From Candidatus Thorarchaeota archaeon (GTDB lineage Archaea; Asgardarchaeota; Thorarchaeia; Thorarchaeales; Thorarchaeaceae), in the NCBI GenBank assembly GCA_048882485.1, contig JBHLRP010000010.1, forward strand, positions 1 through 64,000: a stretch of 64,000 nt of DNA, given 5' to 3'. Each line of letters opens with the position of its first letter. Positions within the stretch are counted from its first letter, which is position 1. The position numbers were made by a program, and so were the translations under genes. The notes beneath the pieces are model-generated. The model made no database searches, was not told where the DNA came from, and was given only the letters and a program-made list of their open reading frames with translations. Positions 9,918 to 19,803 of the stretch are shown here, in pieces.

Positions 9918-11747
9918 TTGCAAAGGAAAGATGGAGTCCGCCGGATTGCGGCATTAATGACAATCTGTACACTCATTTTGCCTATGATACCGAATGCAGT
10001 GTCGTTTGATCTAGAGCCTGTAGGTGCATCCTATATCGCGACTGTTCCACATGACCCCTTTGTCATCATAGGGGATGCCAACTTCAGTGACACAGCTTCA
10101 GCTGAAGGATGGTCTGGCAATGGTGCCCCAGATTCACCTTATATCATTGAGAATCTTGAAATTACTCTAGGACCCTCTCCAGTTGCTGCCATTAGCATCA
10201 CAGGCACGCGCGTGCACTTCATTATTCGTAGCTGTTCCCTCGCGGGTCCATTAGCTACGCCCTCCTACGGTGTTCATTTCGAAAACGTTGCTAATGGCCA
10301 AATTGATGATACGCAATGCAGTGGTTTCTCGACCGCAATAAACATCACCGGATGCGATAGCATCAACGTATCAAACAATAATTGCAGTAACAACTCAGAT
10401 GGCATCCACATTCAGTCTTCAAACTCAAGCACAGTCATCAATAACATCTGTAGTAACACTTTCATCATTGGGATTCAAATTCTCAGGTCAAATTCTAGCA
10501 TTGTGAGTGGCAACACCTGCAATGACGGCGATATCAATGGAATCTATCTGTACAATTGCAACTCAACAACTGCGAATGACAATGTGTGCAACAATAACAA
10601 CTACGGCCTTTTCCTAAATACATGCAATTTCAGCACCGTGAATCGTAATACCTGCAATGAGAACGCATTATCTGGCATCTATCTGTACAGGTCTCACTCC
10701 AGTTCTGCGGCTAACAACACCTGCAACAGCAACAGAGAGGGCATGTATATCCAAGAGATGGAATCAAACTCTGTAACCGGGAACACCTGCTTCAACAATA
10801 GTCTCAGAGGCATTGCCCTTCAAGTGTGCGATTTGACAAACTTGACCTTCAATACAGTTTCAAATACCACGAATCAATTCGGGCTCTATATTGATGGTCT
10901 GTCTGACAACAATGATGTCACTTGGAATGTACTTGTTCATAATGTGTTTAACTGCATAGATGATGGAATAGGCAATGTATTCAACTATAACTATTGGTCC
11001 GATTACGGTGGTGTTGACAATTATGGAGATGGAATTGGCGACACGGCATATGTTTTCGCCACCACGAATTCCGATCCCAAGCCGTTGATGTATTATCCAT
11101 TTCCGCCAGAACTCGAGCAGGCTCCTGTTGATCAAATCAGTGAGTTAGGGACATATTGGAGCTATGCACTTGACTTCATAGTCACAGCTACTACTGCACC
11201 GTATTATCTATCAGTCAACGATTCAGTGAACTTCGTTGCTGGTTCTGACGATTCAATAGGTACCATGTTTTTCCTGCCAGTTGGAGCCTATCCAATTGAG
11301 GTTACGGCCACCAACATATATGGATTCATTACCAAATGTACGTTCACTTTGTCCATCATTGATACAACTCCACCTATCATAACACATCCTGATGACATGA
11401 GCTACATCAAAGGAGAGAGTCCTCCCGAGATCCAATGGAATGCACAGGACTTGAGCCTCATAGGCTATGTAGTGCTCCTAGACGGATCCGAGCTCACTTC
11501 ATCAAATGGTGCAGTTTCAACTTCAGTATCATTCGGAATGATACTGGAAGACAAGGAGCCTGGAACCTATAATTACACCATGGTTGTAGAAGATGTGTGG
11601 GGAAACATGGCATTTGACACAGTCATAGTCACAGTGCATCCAGTCCCGCTTCTGGAAGCACTTCTTCCATGGCTTGTTATCGGTGCCGCAGCTGTTGTTA
11701 TAGTAATTGTGTCATTTGTGATCCTCAGGAGGCGGAAATCGTCCTAG
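9918..11747 (+). CDS. Cell-surface NosD/CASH beta-helix protein with TM anchor
   Basis: Same architecture as 971..3778; TM helix followed by LRRRKSS. Confidence 0.85.
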   Translation: MQRKDGVRRIAALMTICTLILPMIPNAVSFDLEPVGASYIATVPHDPFVIIGDANFSDTASAEGWSGNGAPDSPYIIENLEITLGPSPVAAISITGTRVHFIIRSCSLAGPLATPSYGVHFENVANGQIDDTQCSGFSTAINITGCDSINVSNNNCSNNSDGIHIQSSNSSTVINNICSNTFIIGIQILRSNSSIVSGNTCNDGDINGIYLYNCNSTTANDNVCNNNNYGLFLNTCNFSTVNRNTCNENALSGIYLYRSHSSSAANNTCNSNREGMYIQEMESNSVTGNTCFNNSLRGIALQVCDLTNLTFNTVSNTTNQFGLYIDGLSDNNDVTWNVLVHNVFNCIDDGIGNVFNYNYWSDYGGVDNYGDGIGDTAYVFATTNSDPKPLMYYPFPPELEQAPVDQISELGTYWSYALDFIVTATTAPYYLSVNDSVNFVAGSDDSIGTMFFLPVGAYPIEVTATNIYGFITKCTFTLSIIDTTPPIITHPDDMSYIKGESPPEIQWNAQDLSLIGYVVLLDGSELTSSNGAVSTSVSFGMILEDKEPGTYNYTMVVEDVWGNMAFDTVIVTVHPVPLLEALLPWLVIGAAAVVIVIVSFVILRRRKSS

Positions 11748-11821
11748 CAGATTCTGTCGTTTGATAGCATGTATCGAAGAATTGATTTGCTACGATTAAT
11801 CCATTGGCCTGAAGAATTGAA

Positions 11822-12442
11822 ATGCCAAACATCTTCACTACTAGAGTTTTGAAACGATTTGAGAAGCAGGTGCCTGAGCTCAAGAGCGCTCTAGCGAAAT
11901 CAGAGATGAAGCTAGTACCAACACTTACACCTCCATTTGAGATGCTTGTCAGATCAATTGTCTACCAGCAGCTCGCCTATAAGGCTGCAAAGACCATTCA
12001 TGATCGAATGCTGGGACTCGTTGGAAAACTCACTCCAACATCGATGTTGGCGAAAAGTCAAGAAGAGCTTAGAACCGTGGGGCTCTCTCGCCAGAAAGCC
12101 TCTTACCTGCATAACGTTGCCAACGCCTTCAAGAGAGGGGGCTCTCTTTGGAGGTACAGGAAGATTGAGTCATTGAAGTCCCTGTCGTCTGAAGAGATAA
12201 CCACTCTATTCACAGCGATTAAGGGAGTGGGGGAATGGACGGTCCAGATGTACCTAATTTTCTCATTGGGCCGTCTAGATGTTCTATCCGCCAGCGACCT
12301 AGGTGTTCGAAAGGGTGTGCAGAAGTTGTATGGACTTCAGGAAATGCCAACGCCTAAGCAGGTAAAAGCCATTGCAGAGAAGTGGCATCCTCTGGAGACC
12401 GTAGGGACCTACCTTGCATGGCGTGTCCTTGAGAACGATTAG
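11822..12442 (+). CDS. alkA: DNA-3-methyladenine glycosylase II (HhH-GPD)
   Basis: LVRSIVYQQL, GLSRQKASYL, IKGVGEWTVQM and DLGVRKG motifs. Confidence 0.9.
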   Translation: MPNIFTTRVLKRFEKQVPELKSALAKSEMKLVPTLTPPFEMLVRSIVYQQLAYKAAKTIHDRMLGLVGKLTPTSMLAKSQEELRTVGLSRQKASYLHNVANAFKRGGSLWRYRKIESLKSLSSEEITTLFTAIKGVGEWTVQMYLIFSLGRLDVLSASDLGVRKGVQKLYGLQEMPTPKQVKAIAEKWHPLETVGTYLAWRVLEND

Positions 12443-12485
12443 ACAGCGTCTTTGCGTCTAGAATTTAAGATATGGATGTTGCCAG

Positions 12486-13184
12486 TTGAAGCATCTGTTG
12501 GTGAAAGGCATGACTGACAATAGCATTCGGCTCAAGATGGCTTCAGTCTTCGTGTTCATCGGGTTCCTGATGACGCTAGGGCTGACAGCTGTGACCCTCA
12601 TGTCACCAGGAGGTTCACAGCTACATGAGGCAATGGACCCTCAGGTCATAATTGATGACCTCTCTAGTGCTACCGCAGCAGACGTCGATATCCGTCTGGC
12701 AGGCATTGTGTTCGACACGTTCTTCATGGTCGGCTATATGGCTGTCTTCTACGGTCTCTATGTGCTGACGAAGGATAAGGAGGCGTTCTTTCCAAAACTG
12801 GCACTCGCTCTTGGCCTTACAACTGGCTTTTGTGATCTCGTTGAGAACGCAATCCAAGTGGCTTTATTCAATGGAATTCCTGCAGGATGGAGTCCTGATG
12901 GACTGTATTTCGCCACTCTGTGGTCATTCACCTTCGTGAAGGACTTGACAAGCTACATGGCTGGCATGGTGTTCATAGTCCTGTTAATGCTCACGTTGAG
13001 TGACCCGCCTAATCTGAGGTCAAGCAAGCTGACCCTGGCTATACTCGTGGGACTATATGTGGTGATTGGCTCAATTGCAATAGTCGAAAGCTCATTCCTT
13101 CTGGTGAGAAACCTGAGCTTCATGATAGATATGCTGTTGGGCTCGTTAATCCTATTTCGAGTATCAAATACGTTGGTTCCATAA
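12486..13184 (+). CDS. Multi-pass membrane protein of unknown function
   Basis: About 6 hydrophobic segments and a DLVEN motif. Confidence 0.65.
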   Translation: MKHLLVKGMTDNSIRLKMASVFVFIGFLMTLGLTAVTLMSPGGSQLHEAMDPQVIIDDLSSATAADVDIRLAGIVFDTFFMVGYMAVFYGLYVLTKDKEAFFPKLALALGLTTGFCDLVENAIQVALFNGIPAGWSPDGLYFATLWSFTFVKDLTSYMAGMVFIVLLMLTLSDPPNLRSSKLTLAILVGLYVVIGSIAIVESSFLLVRNLSFMIDMLLGSLILFRVSNTLVP

Positions 13185-13215
13185 TGGCGACTGATGAGCG
13201 AGTTCTTATTGTAGA

Positions 13216-13902
13216 CTACTCTGCAGTAGACTCCTCATCCCATTCATACCCATAAGTCTTCCATATCTCGAGCAGGGAAGGATTCCTACTCAGATAGTCA
13301 TACGCTATGGCTTTTGGTACTTTGTTCATAACACAGGACAAATTGACGCATTTGGCACAATAGCTGTCTGCAAGAAACCTGCCCAGATAGACGGATCCGA
13401 TGAGCATTGCAAGAGTAAGGGCAATCATCAATGCTATAGAGGTCAGACCAGCTCCTTCTGAGATGAGCACCCAAACTCCGAAGCCACCCGCTACGATGGG
13501 AAATAAATCGATAAATCCTCCAACCGCCATCATAGCATATTGCTCAGGTCTCCTTATCGGCGCCGGGTCATAGTTCCATAGCCTTGGTATTCCTTTCAGC
13601 GTGATGCAATAGAGAGTCTTGCCATCCTTCGAATAGAAGGGGCAATGTCTACACAAATACCATGTTTCAATCAAAGTGAAGTTTAGAACAGTTACAAGCG
13701 CAAAGACTAGAAATGGCCAAATCGAATTAACAGCGAGAGATGCAAAACCTGTGACAGCAAAGCCCAAGAGGCGAAAGGGAATATGACGACTGCGAAAACA
13801 AGACACTAGCTTATCGTCATATCTGCAATTCAGGTCCTCTGAAAGGCTGCAGTCTTCACAGATTGACTCGTCTTTCCAAGTGCATGGAGTTGTCTTTTCC
13901 AT
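13216..13902 (-). CDS. Cys-rich membrane protein (putative metal-binding)
   Basis: About 4 TM segments with CxxC clusters (CEDC, CRHCPFY, CAKCVNLSC). Confidence 0.65.
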   Translation of the reverse strand: MEKTTPCTWKDESICEDCSLSEDLNCRYDDKLVSCFRSRHIPFRLLGFAVTGFASLAVNSIWPFLVFALVTVLNFTLIETWYLCRHCPFYSKDGKTLYCITLKGIPRLWNYDPAPIRRPEQYAMMAVGGFIDLFPIVAGGFGVWVLISEGAGLTSIALMIALTLAMLIGSVYLGRFLADSYCAKCVNLSCVMNKVPKAIAYDYLSRNPSLLEIWKTYGYEWDEESTAE

Positions 13903-14026
13903 TCTGAGCCCTTCAGCTGCTTCATGTAGTATCCAGATACTTTAGAGTTCCCTTTTCATGTCCATTTCCACTCATCTATAAGTCAGAGCACTCTTCCATG
14001 AACATGGCTTGAGCCATTAGGCTAAG

Positions 14027-15220
14027 ATGGGAGTATCAACAATGAATAACAAGAAGCGAAAGGCTTCCACATTATGCGTCCAAGGCACTGAAGCCCAAAA
14101 GTCCGGACCAGCGGTGGTGCCGATTGTTCAAACATCAACATTTGTCTTCGAGGACCAAACCGACATGGTTGATTCCGTCACTGGCAAATCCGGGAAAGAT
14201 GTGTATACGCGTTGGAGCAATCCTACAACACGAAATGTGGAGGCAAAGATTAGCTCACTTGAAGGAACTGAAGACACGCTAGCGCTTTCATCAGGAATGG
14301 CTGCAATTTCTACTGCCATAATTGGCCTTGTGAAGGGTGGTGAACGAATCCTATCGAGCGAATCAATCTATGGCGGCACCGTCCACTTCTTCGATGAGGT
14401 GCTTCCTCAATATGGTATTCAAGTCGACTATGCCGAAACAGATGATTTCCATGATCATGTGATGGCATCAGGAGACAAGTACAAGCTATGTTTCTTTGAA
14501 ACTCCCACAAATCCAACTCTCAAGATAGTTGACATTGAAAAAGTGGCAGATGCAGCACGTGCCACAGGGTCAATCAGTATGATTGACAGCACATTCGGGA
14601 CTCCTATCAATCAGAGGCCTCATGAACTTGGTATCGACATTGTCATGCACAGTGCCACCAAATACCTTGGCGGCCATAGTGACATTATCGCTGGAACCCT
14701 TTCAGGCTCCAAAGAGACCATGGCCAGGATTCGTAGTGCTGCGAAGCTTCTAGGGGGGACCATGGATCCCTTTGCTGCATTCCTACTCGATAGAGGAATC
14801 AAGACCTTGGCAGTTCGTGTTGAGAAGCATAATTACAATGCATCATTCTTGGCAGAAGAGATGTCCAAAGACTCGAGAGTTAGGCGTGTTCATTACCCAG
14901 GCCTTCCTGGGCATCCAAATCATTCAGTTGCTAAGAAACAGATGCGAGGATTTGGAGGTATGCTCTCAATTGAATTGGATTGTGACCTAGAGGCTGCTAA
15001 GACCTTCGTTGATTCACTGGATATATTCCTCAACGCTGTGTCACTTGGCGGCGTAGAGAGCCTAGCCAGTATTCCTGCTTTGTCCACTCACTATGGCCTA
15101 GATTCAGATGTTCTTGCTGAAATGGGGATCTCAGAATCTACGATCCGATTGTCTGTTGGAATTGAGGATTCCAACGATTTGTTGCTTGACCTCAAGAATA
15201 CTCTTGACAAGACATGTTGA
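14027..15220 (+). CDS. PLP-dependent Cys/Met metabolism enzyme (cystathionine gamma-synthase/lyase or methionine gamma-lyase)
   Basis: YTRWSNPT, SSGMAAI, ETPTNP, HSATKYLGGHSD and SLGGVESL motifs. Confidence 0.9.
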   Translation: MGVSTMNNKKRKASTLCVQGTEAQKSGPAVVPIVQTSTFVFEDQTDMVDSVTGKSGKDVYTRWSNPTTRNVEAKISSLEGTEDTLALSSGMAAISTAIIGLVKGGERILSSESIYGGTVHFFDEVLPQYGIQVDYAETDDFHDHVMASGDKYKLCFFETPTNPTLKIVDIEKVADAARATGSISMIDSTFGTPINQRPHELGIDIVMHSATKYLGGHSDIIAGTLSGSKETMARIRSAAKLLGGTMDPFAAFLLDRGIKTLAVRVEKHNYNASFLAEEMSKDSRVRRVHYPGLPGHPNHSVAKKQMRGFGGMLSIELDCDLEAAKTFVDSLDIFLNAVSLGGVESLASIPALSTHYGLDSDVLAEMGISESTIRLSVGIEDSNDLLLDLKNTLDKTC

Positions 15221-15423
15221 GCCTGCCAGAATGGCCGTTTGTTAAGTTGTCGCGTGACCTCCAAGACACCTCCGAATCTCCAATGGAAAAGAACCCGAGT
15301 AGAGTTGATGTGATTCTGGAAGACCTTGCACAGGGCTAAGCTAGACGCTTAATCTCGCAAGATTATTGGTGGAGAGTTTTTCTACAATCCCCTATATACT
15401 CACTTCCAACTGGATTTCTTGCA

Positions 15424-15762
15424 ATGACTGTCTGGACCCATCAATCCCTATATGACTTTGCAGAGTGCAAGACACCTTGCGGAAAAACCGGCTGTATCAC
15501 ACTTTATACTGGTGATGGCTGCTTCTTCTGCGACGCTGCTTGGGAGATATTGAAGGAGGTCGTTTCTGACTTCAGTCTTCCATACGAAGCGATATCTTTG
15601 ATCAATGCCGACTCTGTCAACCCGGAGAAGCTTGATTTGACTGGACCATTGGGTCTCCCAACTATACAAATCTGTGGGGAAGTAATAGTAGGAATTCCAG
15701 ACGTTGACCACATCAGAGGAGCCATCATGCATGCGGTCCTAAGGCAATGCTTCACCGAATGA
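15424..15762 (+). CDS. Glutaredoxin/thioredoxin-fold protein
   Basis: LYTGDGCFFC (CxxC) and LPTIQI cis-Pro motif. Confidence 0.7.
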   Translation: MTVWTHQSLYDFAECKTPCGKTGCITLYTGDGCFFCDAAWEILKEVVSDFSLPYEAISLINADSVNPEKLDLTGPLGLPTIQICGEVIVGIPDVDHIRGAIMHAVLRQCFTE

Positions 15763-15763
15763 C

Positions 15764-16789
15764 TCATGACAATTGCAGATTCTTGTTGTATGCTCTTTCA
15801 ATCTCATTGAGCAAGGCTTTCTTCTTGGAATCTGATAGAAAGGCGGACCTGATTCCATTCTGTGTAAGTAAGTAGAGATCCGACAGAGAGAATCCAAGCT
15901 TGTCATGAAGTTGCTTATATTCGAATGAAATGTCAGTGTCAAAGAATGCAGGGTCATCGCTATTCACGGTAACGAGGAGACCTCTATCATAGAATTCTCT
16001 GATTGGATGTTCTTCTATTGAAGAAACTACCCCTGTTCTCACGTTACTTACTGGGCATGATTCAATAGCTATTCCATGTTCCTTGATATGGTCCATCAAT
16101 TTGGTGTCATTAGATGCTGACGTACCATGGCCAATCCGTTCTATGCCCAGATACTTAATCGCATCCCATATTGATTCGGGTCCTTCTGCCTCTCCTGCAT
16201 GCGCAACAAGATGCAATCCCATCTTTCGGGCCTCTTCGTAGACAGGAGCAAATGGCTCTGCAGGAAACTTGTGTTCACTGCCACCAAGGTCCACAGAAAC
16301 AATGCTGTCAAGTCTATCTCGAATCAAATCTAGGACTTCCAAACCTGATTCAGGTCCATAATTCCTAACAAGGTCGATTCTCAAATCTGCTTCAATCCCC
16401 TCCTTCCGCTTCGCGCGACGTAAACCTCTGCTTATTGCATCGATCATTGCATTGAATTCAAGCCCCTTTCTCATGTGGTCTGGAGCTGAGAAGCTAATTT
16501 CTGCATAACGGACGTTGTGGGCTGCAAGGTCCTCAAGCATCTCATACGCAAGTCGCTCGAACTGCTTCTCCTTAGTTATGTAGGTGACTACTTCTCCATA
16601 AACAGAGATAAAGTGACCAAAGTCTTGATATTGAAAAAGCTGTGCCAGATCTGCCTCTGACCTGTAAGGGGTTTCAATTCCAGCTTCATCTATGAACTGA
16701 AGCAATGTCTGAGGTCTTATGGTGCCAAGCAGGTGTATATGGAGTTCTGCCTTTGGGAGCGCTGCGATTGCCTTGTGAATATTCATCAA
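15764..16789 (-). CDS. add: Adenosine/adenine deaminase
   Basis: PKAELHIHL, HAGE, RIGHG, CPVSN and NSDDP motifs. Confidence 0.9.
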   Translation of the reverse strand: MMNIHKAIAALPKAELHIHLLGTIRPQTLLQFIDEAGIETPYRSEADLAQLFQYQDFGHFISVYGEVVTYITKEKQFERLAYEMLEDLAAHNVRYAEISFSAPDHMRKGLEFNAMIDAISRGLRRAKRKEGIEADLRIDLVRNYGPESGLEVLDLIRDRLDSIVSVDLGGSEHKFPAEPFAPVYEEARKMGLHLVAHAGEAEGPESIWDAIKYLGIERIGHGTSASNDTKLMDHIKEHGIAIESCPVSNVRTGVVSSIEEHPIREFYDRGLLVTVNSDDPAFFDTDISFEYKQLHDKLGFSLSDLYLLTQNGIRSAFLSDSKKKALLNEIERAYNKNLQLS

Positions 16790-16845
16790 TCGCTTTGATT
16801 CAGAGTCCGCGATAAGTCATTCTGTCATCTAGCACTATAGATGTG

Positions 16846-16880
16846 AGGTCCTCTCGGTTCCCACAGGAGCAAGAGGACCT
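16846..16880. terminator. Intergenic stem-loop (terminator or regulatory hairpin)
   Basis: 9-bp perfect inverted repeat aggtcctct/agaggacct with further inner pairing, lying between the wHTH gene and add. Confidence 0.45.
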
Positions 16881-16912
16881 ATTGAGGAGTGCGAATATAA
16901 TCAAACAAGCGC

Positions 16913-17197
16913 TTAGACTCGGAGATGCAATGTAGCAATTGATTTCCAAATTTCAATTTCCTTTCTAAGCTTCTGAACCCTGGCTACATCTGCGTGATAA
17001 AGCGGTTTACGCATATCCTGGAAATTCGCAACCTTATGACAAAGATCCTGTTTCAAGAGATTTCGGAGTGCCAAAGTCACCGTTCTGGGAGCGAGTCCCA
17101 CCCTAGTTGCAATCTCCTGTGGGTACATCGGACCGTCAGAAGCCAATGTGTCTAATATCACAATTGAGCTTCTAGTAAGATTGAAAGGCAGGCGCAT
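16913..17197 (-). CDS. Small winged-helix (MarR/ArsR-like) regulator
   Basis: GPMYPQEIATRVGLAPRTVTLALRNL helix-turn-helix and DMRKPLY wing. Confidence 0.75.
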   Translation of the reverse strand: MRLPFNLTRSSIVILDTLASDGPMYPQEIATRVGLAPRTVTLALRNLLKQDLCHKVANFQDMRKPLYHADVARVQKLRKEIEIWKSIATLHLRV

Positions 17198-17400
17198 CAG
17201 TTATCACCGTCAGGCGTATTATAGCAACTCTCGGCCATATTAAGGCCATCGTGTTGCCACAAACACTTGCTCAACCTCAGTAGAGTCATTTTATTTTTTA
17301 TAAGCGTTGCCAATGAAGTAATCTTTTGGTGCTTAGAAACACATCGTTAAATGAGAAACTCCGTTGATTGGCCGTCGGAAGTGATTTTCTGACACACGAG

Positions 17401-18483
17401 ATGGCTTTAGACAAGAAAGACCTGGCCATCATTGGAGCGCTCGACAGGGTTGGCGCAAAAGTATCAGCGGAGCAGCTGGGTGAAGTATTGGGCATTCCAT
17501 CTCGAACTGTCCGATATCGCCTCTCCAAGCTTAGGAAGAAAGGGCTCCTATATCCACCGAGAGCATTGATACATGAGAGAAAGGTTGGTCTCGGTGAGTC
17601 AGTAATCTGTATGAAGGTCACAAAACTAGGGGCTATGCACCTTCCAGATATCATAGACACATTGCCATCAATCTACTGGATGACTGAGTCCTATGGGGCA
17701 TATGATGGCTTTATGGTCCATGGTGTTTACCCTCTAGAACTGGTCGATAACATCCCCTCATTAATGAGTACATTGGCCAAAGAGGGACTTGTGCTAGACT
17801 ATCACATATTTGACATTGTGGACTACGAACATAAGCTGGCGAATTACGAACATCTAACAACAGATATTCACTGGGATTGGGACTGGAAGTCCTGGTACAA
17901 GATAATCAAGAGAAATCTGAAGCGCAAATCCAAATTCATAATCAAGATGGACGAGAGCCCTCATGTTGTCAAATTTGATTCAACGGATCTCGCCCTCCTG
18001 AAATATCTAATCAATAACGGAGAGTCCACGCAACGACAGCTGGCTGAAACCCTATCAATGTCCGAAACTCGGGCCACGAAAAGGCTCCAAAGGCTGGAAA
18101 CAACTGGTGTGATAAAGGGCTACAAGTCAACTCGCATTCCGGCGAGCAATCAATTCTCACATAGTTTGTTTCTTGAGCTAGAAGAGCCTGTTGAACGAGT
18201 TCTGTCGAGCTTTTATGAGCTTCCCTTTCCTTTGCATATTATGATGGAGTCGAGGACCCGCTTTTGCATTCAATTCCGTCTAAATGCATCAGATTATACT
18301 GGATTTCTGATGGGTTTTGATTTATTGCGACCACACATGAGTTCCTATTTCTTTCAGACAATGCATAATCCTCGCCGAACCAGTTCTCCCCACCCTCTGG
18401 AATTGTATAATGCCGAATTGGAGAGGTGGGAGATTCCAGAAGACTCACTTGATGTCATACGTTATCAAATTGAGAGTCGTTGA
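17401..18483 (+). CDS. Lrp/AsnC-type regulator with two HTH domains
   Basis: LDKKDLAII...TVRYRLSKL and FDSTDLALLKYL...TQRQLAETL...RLQRLE motifs. ATG at 17401 is preferred over the TTG at 17368. Confidence 0.8.
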   Translation: MALDKKDLAIIGALDRVGAKVSAEQLGEVLGIPSRTVRYRLSKLRKKGLLYPPRALIHERKVGLGESVICMKVTKLGAMHLPDIIDTLPSIYWMTESYGAYDGFMVHGVYPLELVDNIPSLMSTLAKEGLVLDYHIFDIVDYEHKLANYEHLTTDIHWDWDWKSWYKIIKRNLKRKSKFIIKMDESPHVVKFDSTDLALLKYLINNGESTQRQLAETLSMSETRATKRLQRLETTGVIKGYKSTRIPASNQFSHSLFLELEEPVERVLSSFYELPFPLHIMMESRTRFCIQFRLNASDYTGFLMGFDLLRPHMSSYFFQTMHNPRRTSSPHPLELYNAELERWEIPEDSLDVIRYQIESR

Positions 18484-18550
18484 AAATACTGAAATATGAG
18501 GTCCAAAGGAGCTTCTCTTGCTTCATATCTGATCGCTTGGAGGAAGTATC

Positions 18551-19798
18551 TTGAAGAATGAATCCCGCGAATGCAGCTTCACATGGCCCGGGAAAGAGGC
18601 CGCCAGAAATGCTGCAGCTGGACATTCACCTCATTCATTGAAGATCCTAAAAAGGCGATCCATTTGCCCTGATACTACTGAGAATGTCTTCATTGAAGGT
18701 GACAATCTAGAGGCTCTCAAGCTCTTAAACGAAAGTCATAGTGGCTCGGTCAAAGTTATCTATATTGACCCGCCCTATAACAAAGGTGGCAGCTTCGTCT
18801 ATAGTGACAGACTTGATCAAACACACGCTGATTGGCTTTCTATGATATTCCCGCGCCTTCTATTGTCAAAAGAACTCCTATGCGAAGACGGAGCAATCTT
18901 TGTATCAATTGATGATAATGAGGTTCATAATCTACGAATGGTTATGAATGAGGTATTTGGTGAGAGCAACTTCGTGGCCACAATAATATGGGAAAAGAAG
19001 TCCTCTCCCCAAAATGATGCTCGATGGTTCTCAGATAATCATGATTACATTCTCGTCTATGCGCGAAACAAGGAACTGTGGAGACCTCGCCTACTCCCAA
19101 GAACTGACGAGACCAATTCGCGCTACAAGAATCCTGATGACGACCCTCGAGGTCCTTGGACATCAAGCGACTTGACTGTCAAGACATACAACAGAGACTA
19201 TGATTATGTGATTACAACACCGTCCGGACGAGATGTGAGTCCTCCTCCGGGACGATGTTGGGGCATGAGCCACGACTCTTTCAACAGTCTAGTGACTGAT
19301 AATCGCATATGGTTTGGCTCTAACGGAAGCAATGTTCCTCGGCTAAAGCGATTCTTGTCTGAAGTCAGGCAAGGTCTAACTCCTTGTACGATATGGCGTC
19401 GAAGCGAGGTTGGCGATAACCAAGAGGCAAGGAGAACAATTCGCCAGATATTTGGCGACGTAGGTGTCTTCGAAACTCCAAAGCCACTTAGACTCATGAA
19501 ACAGATATTGCATATTGGCACAGAGCCGTATAGAAACGATACAGTATTGGATTTCTTCGCTGGATCCTGTACGACCGCTCATGCTGTCCTAGAGCAAAAT
19601 AAAGCAGATGGAGGGAACAGGAGATTCATCATGGTGCAATTGCCAGAAACTGTGCCAGAATCATCTCGAGCGTATGATGCAGGTTTCACCACTGTATCGG
19701 AGATAGGTGCTGAACGAATACGAAGGGTAATTGAGAGTATGAAATCGGACTCAAAGGATGCTTCTCCACTTGGTTTCAAACTTTATCATATTGCATGA
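18551..19798 (+). CDS. Type III Mod-like adenine DNA methyltransferase (beta class)
   Basis: IEGDNLEALKLL, IYIDPPYN, SIDDNE, FETPKP and LDFFAGS motifs. Confidence 0.9.
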   Translation: MKNESRECSFTWPGKEAARNAAAGHSPHSLKILKRRSICPDTTENVFIEGDNLEALKLLNESHSGSVKVIYIDPPYNKGGSFVYSDRLDQTHADWLSMIFPRLLLSKELLCEDGAIFVSIDDNEVHNLRMVMNEVFGESNFVATIIWEKKSSPQNDARWFSDNHDYILVYARNKELWRPRLLPRTDETNSRYKNPDDDPRGPWTSSDLTVKTYNRDYDYVITTPSGRDVSPPPGRCWGMSHDSFNSLVTDNRIWFGSNGSNVPRLKRFLSEVRQGLTPCTIWRRSEVGDNQEARRTIRQIFGDVGVFETPKPLRLMKQILHIGTEPYRNDTVLDFFAGSCTTAHAVLEQNKADGGNRRFIMVQLPETVPESSRAYDAGFTTVSEIGAERIRRVIESMKSDSKDASPLGFKLYHIA

Positions 19799-19803
19799 AT
19801 ATA

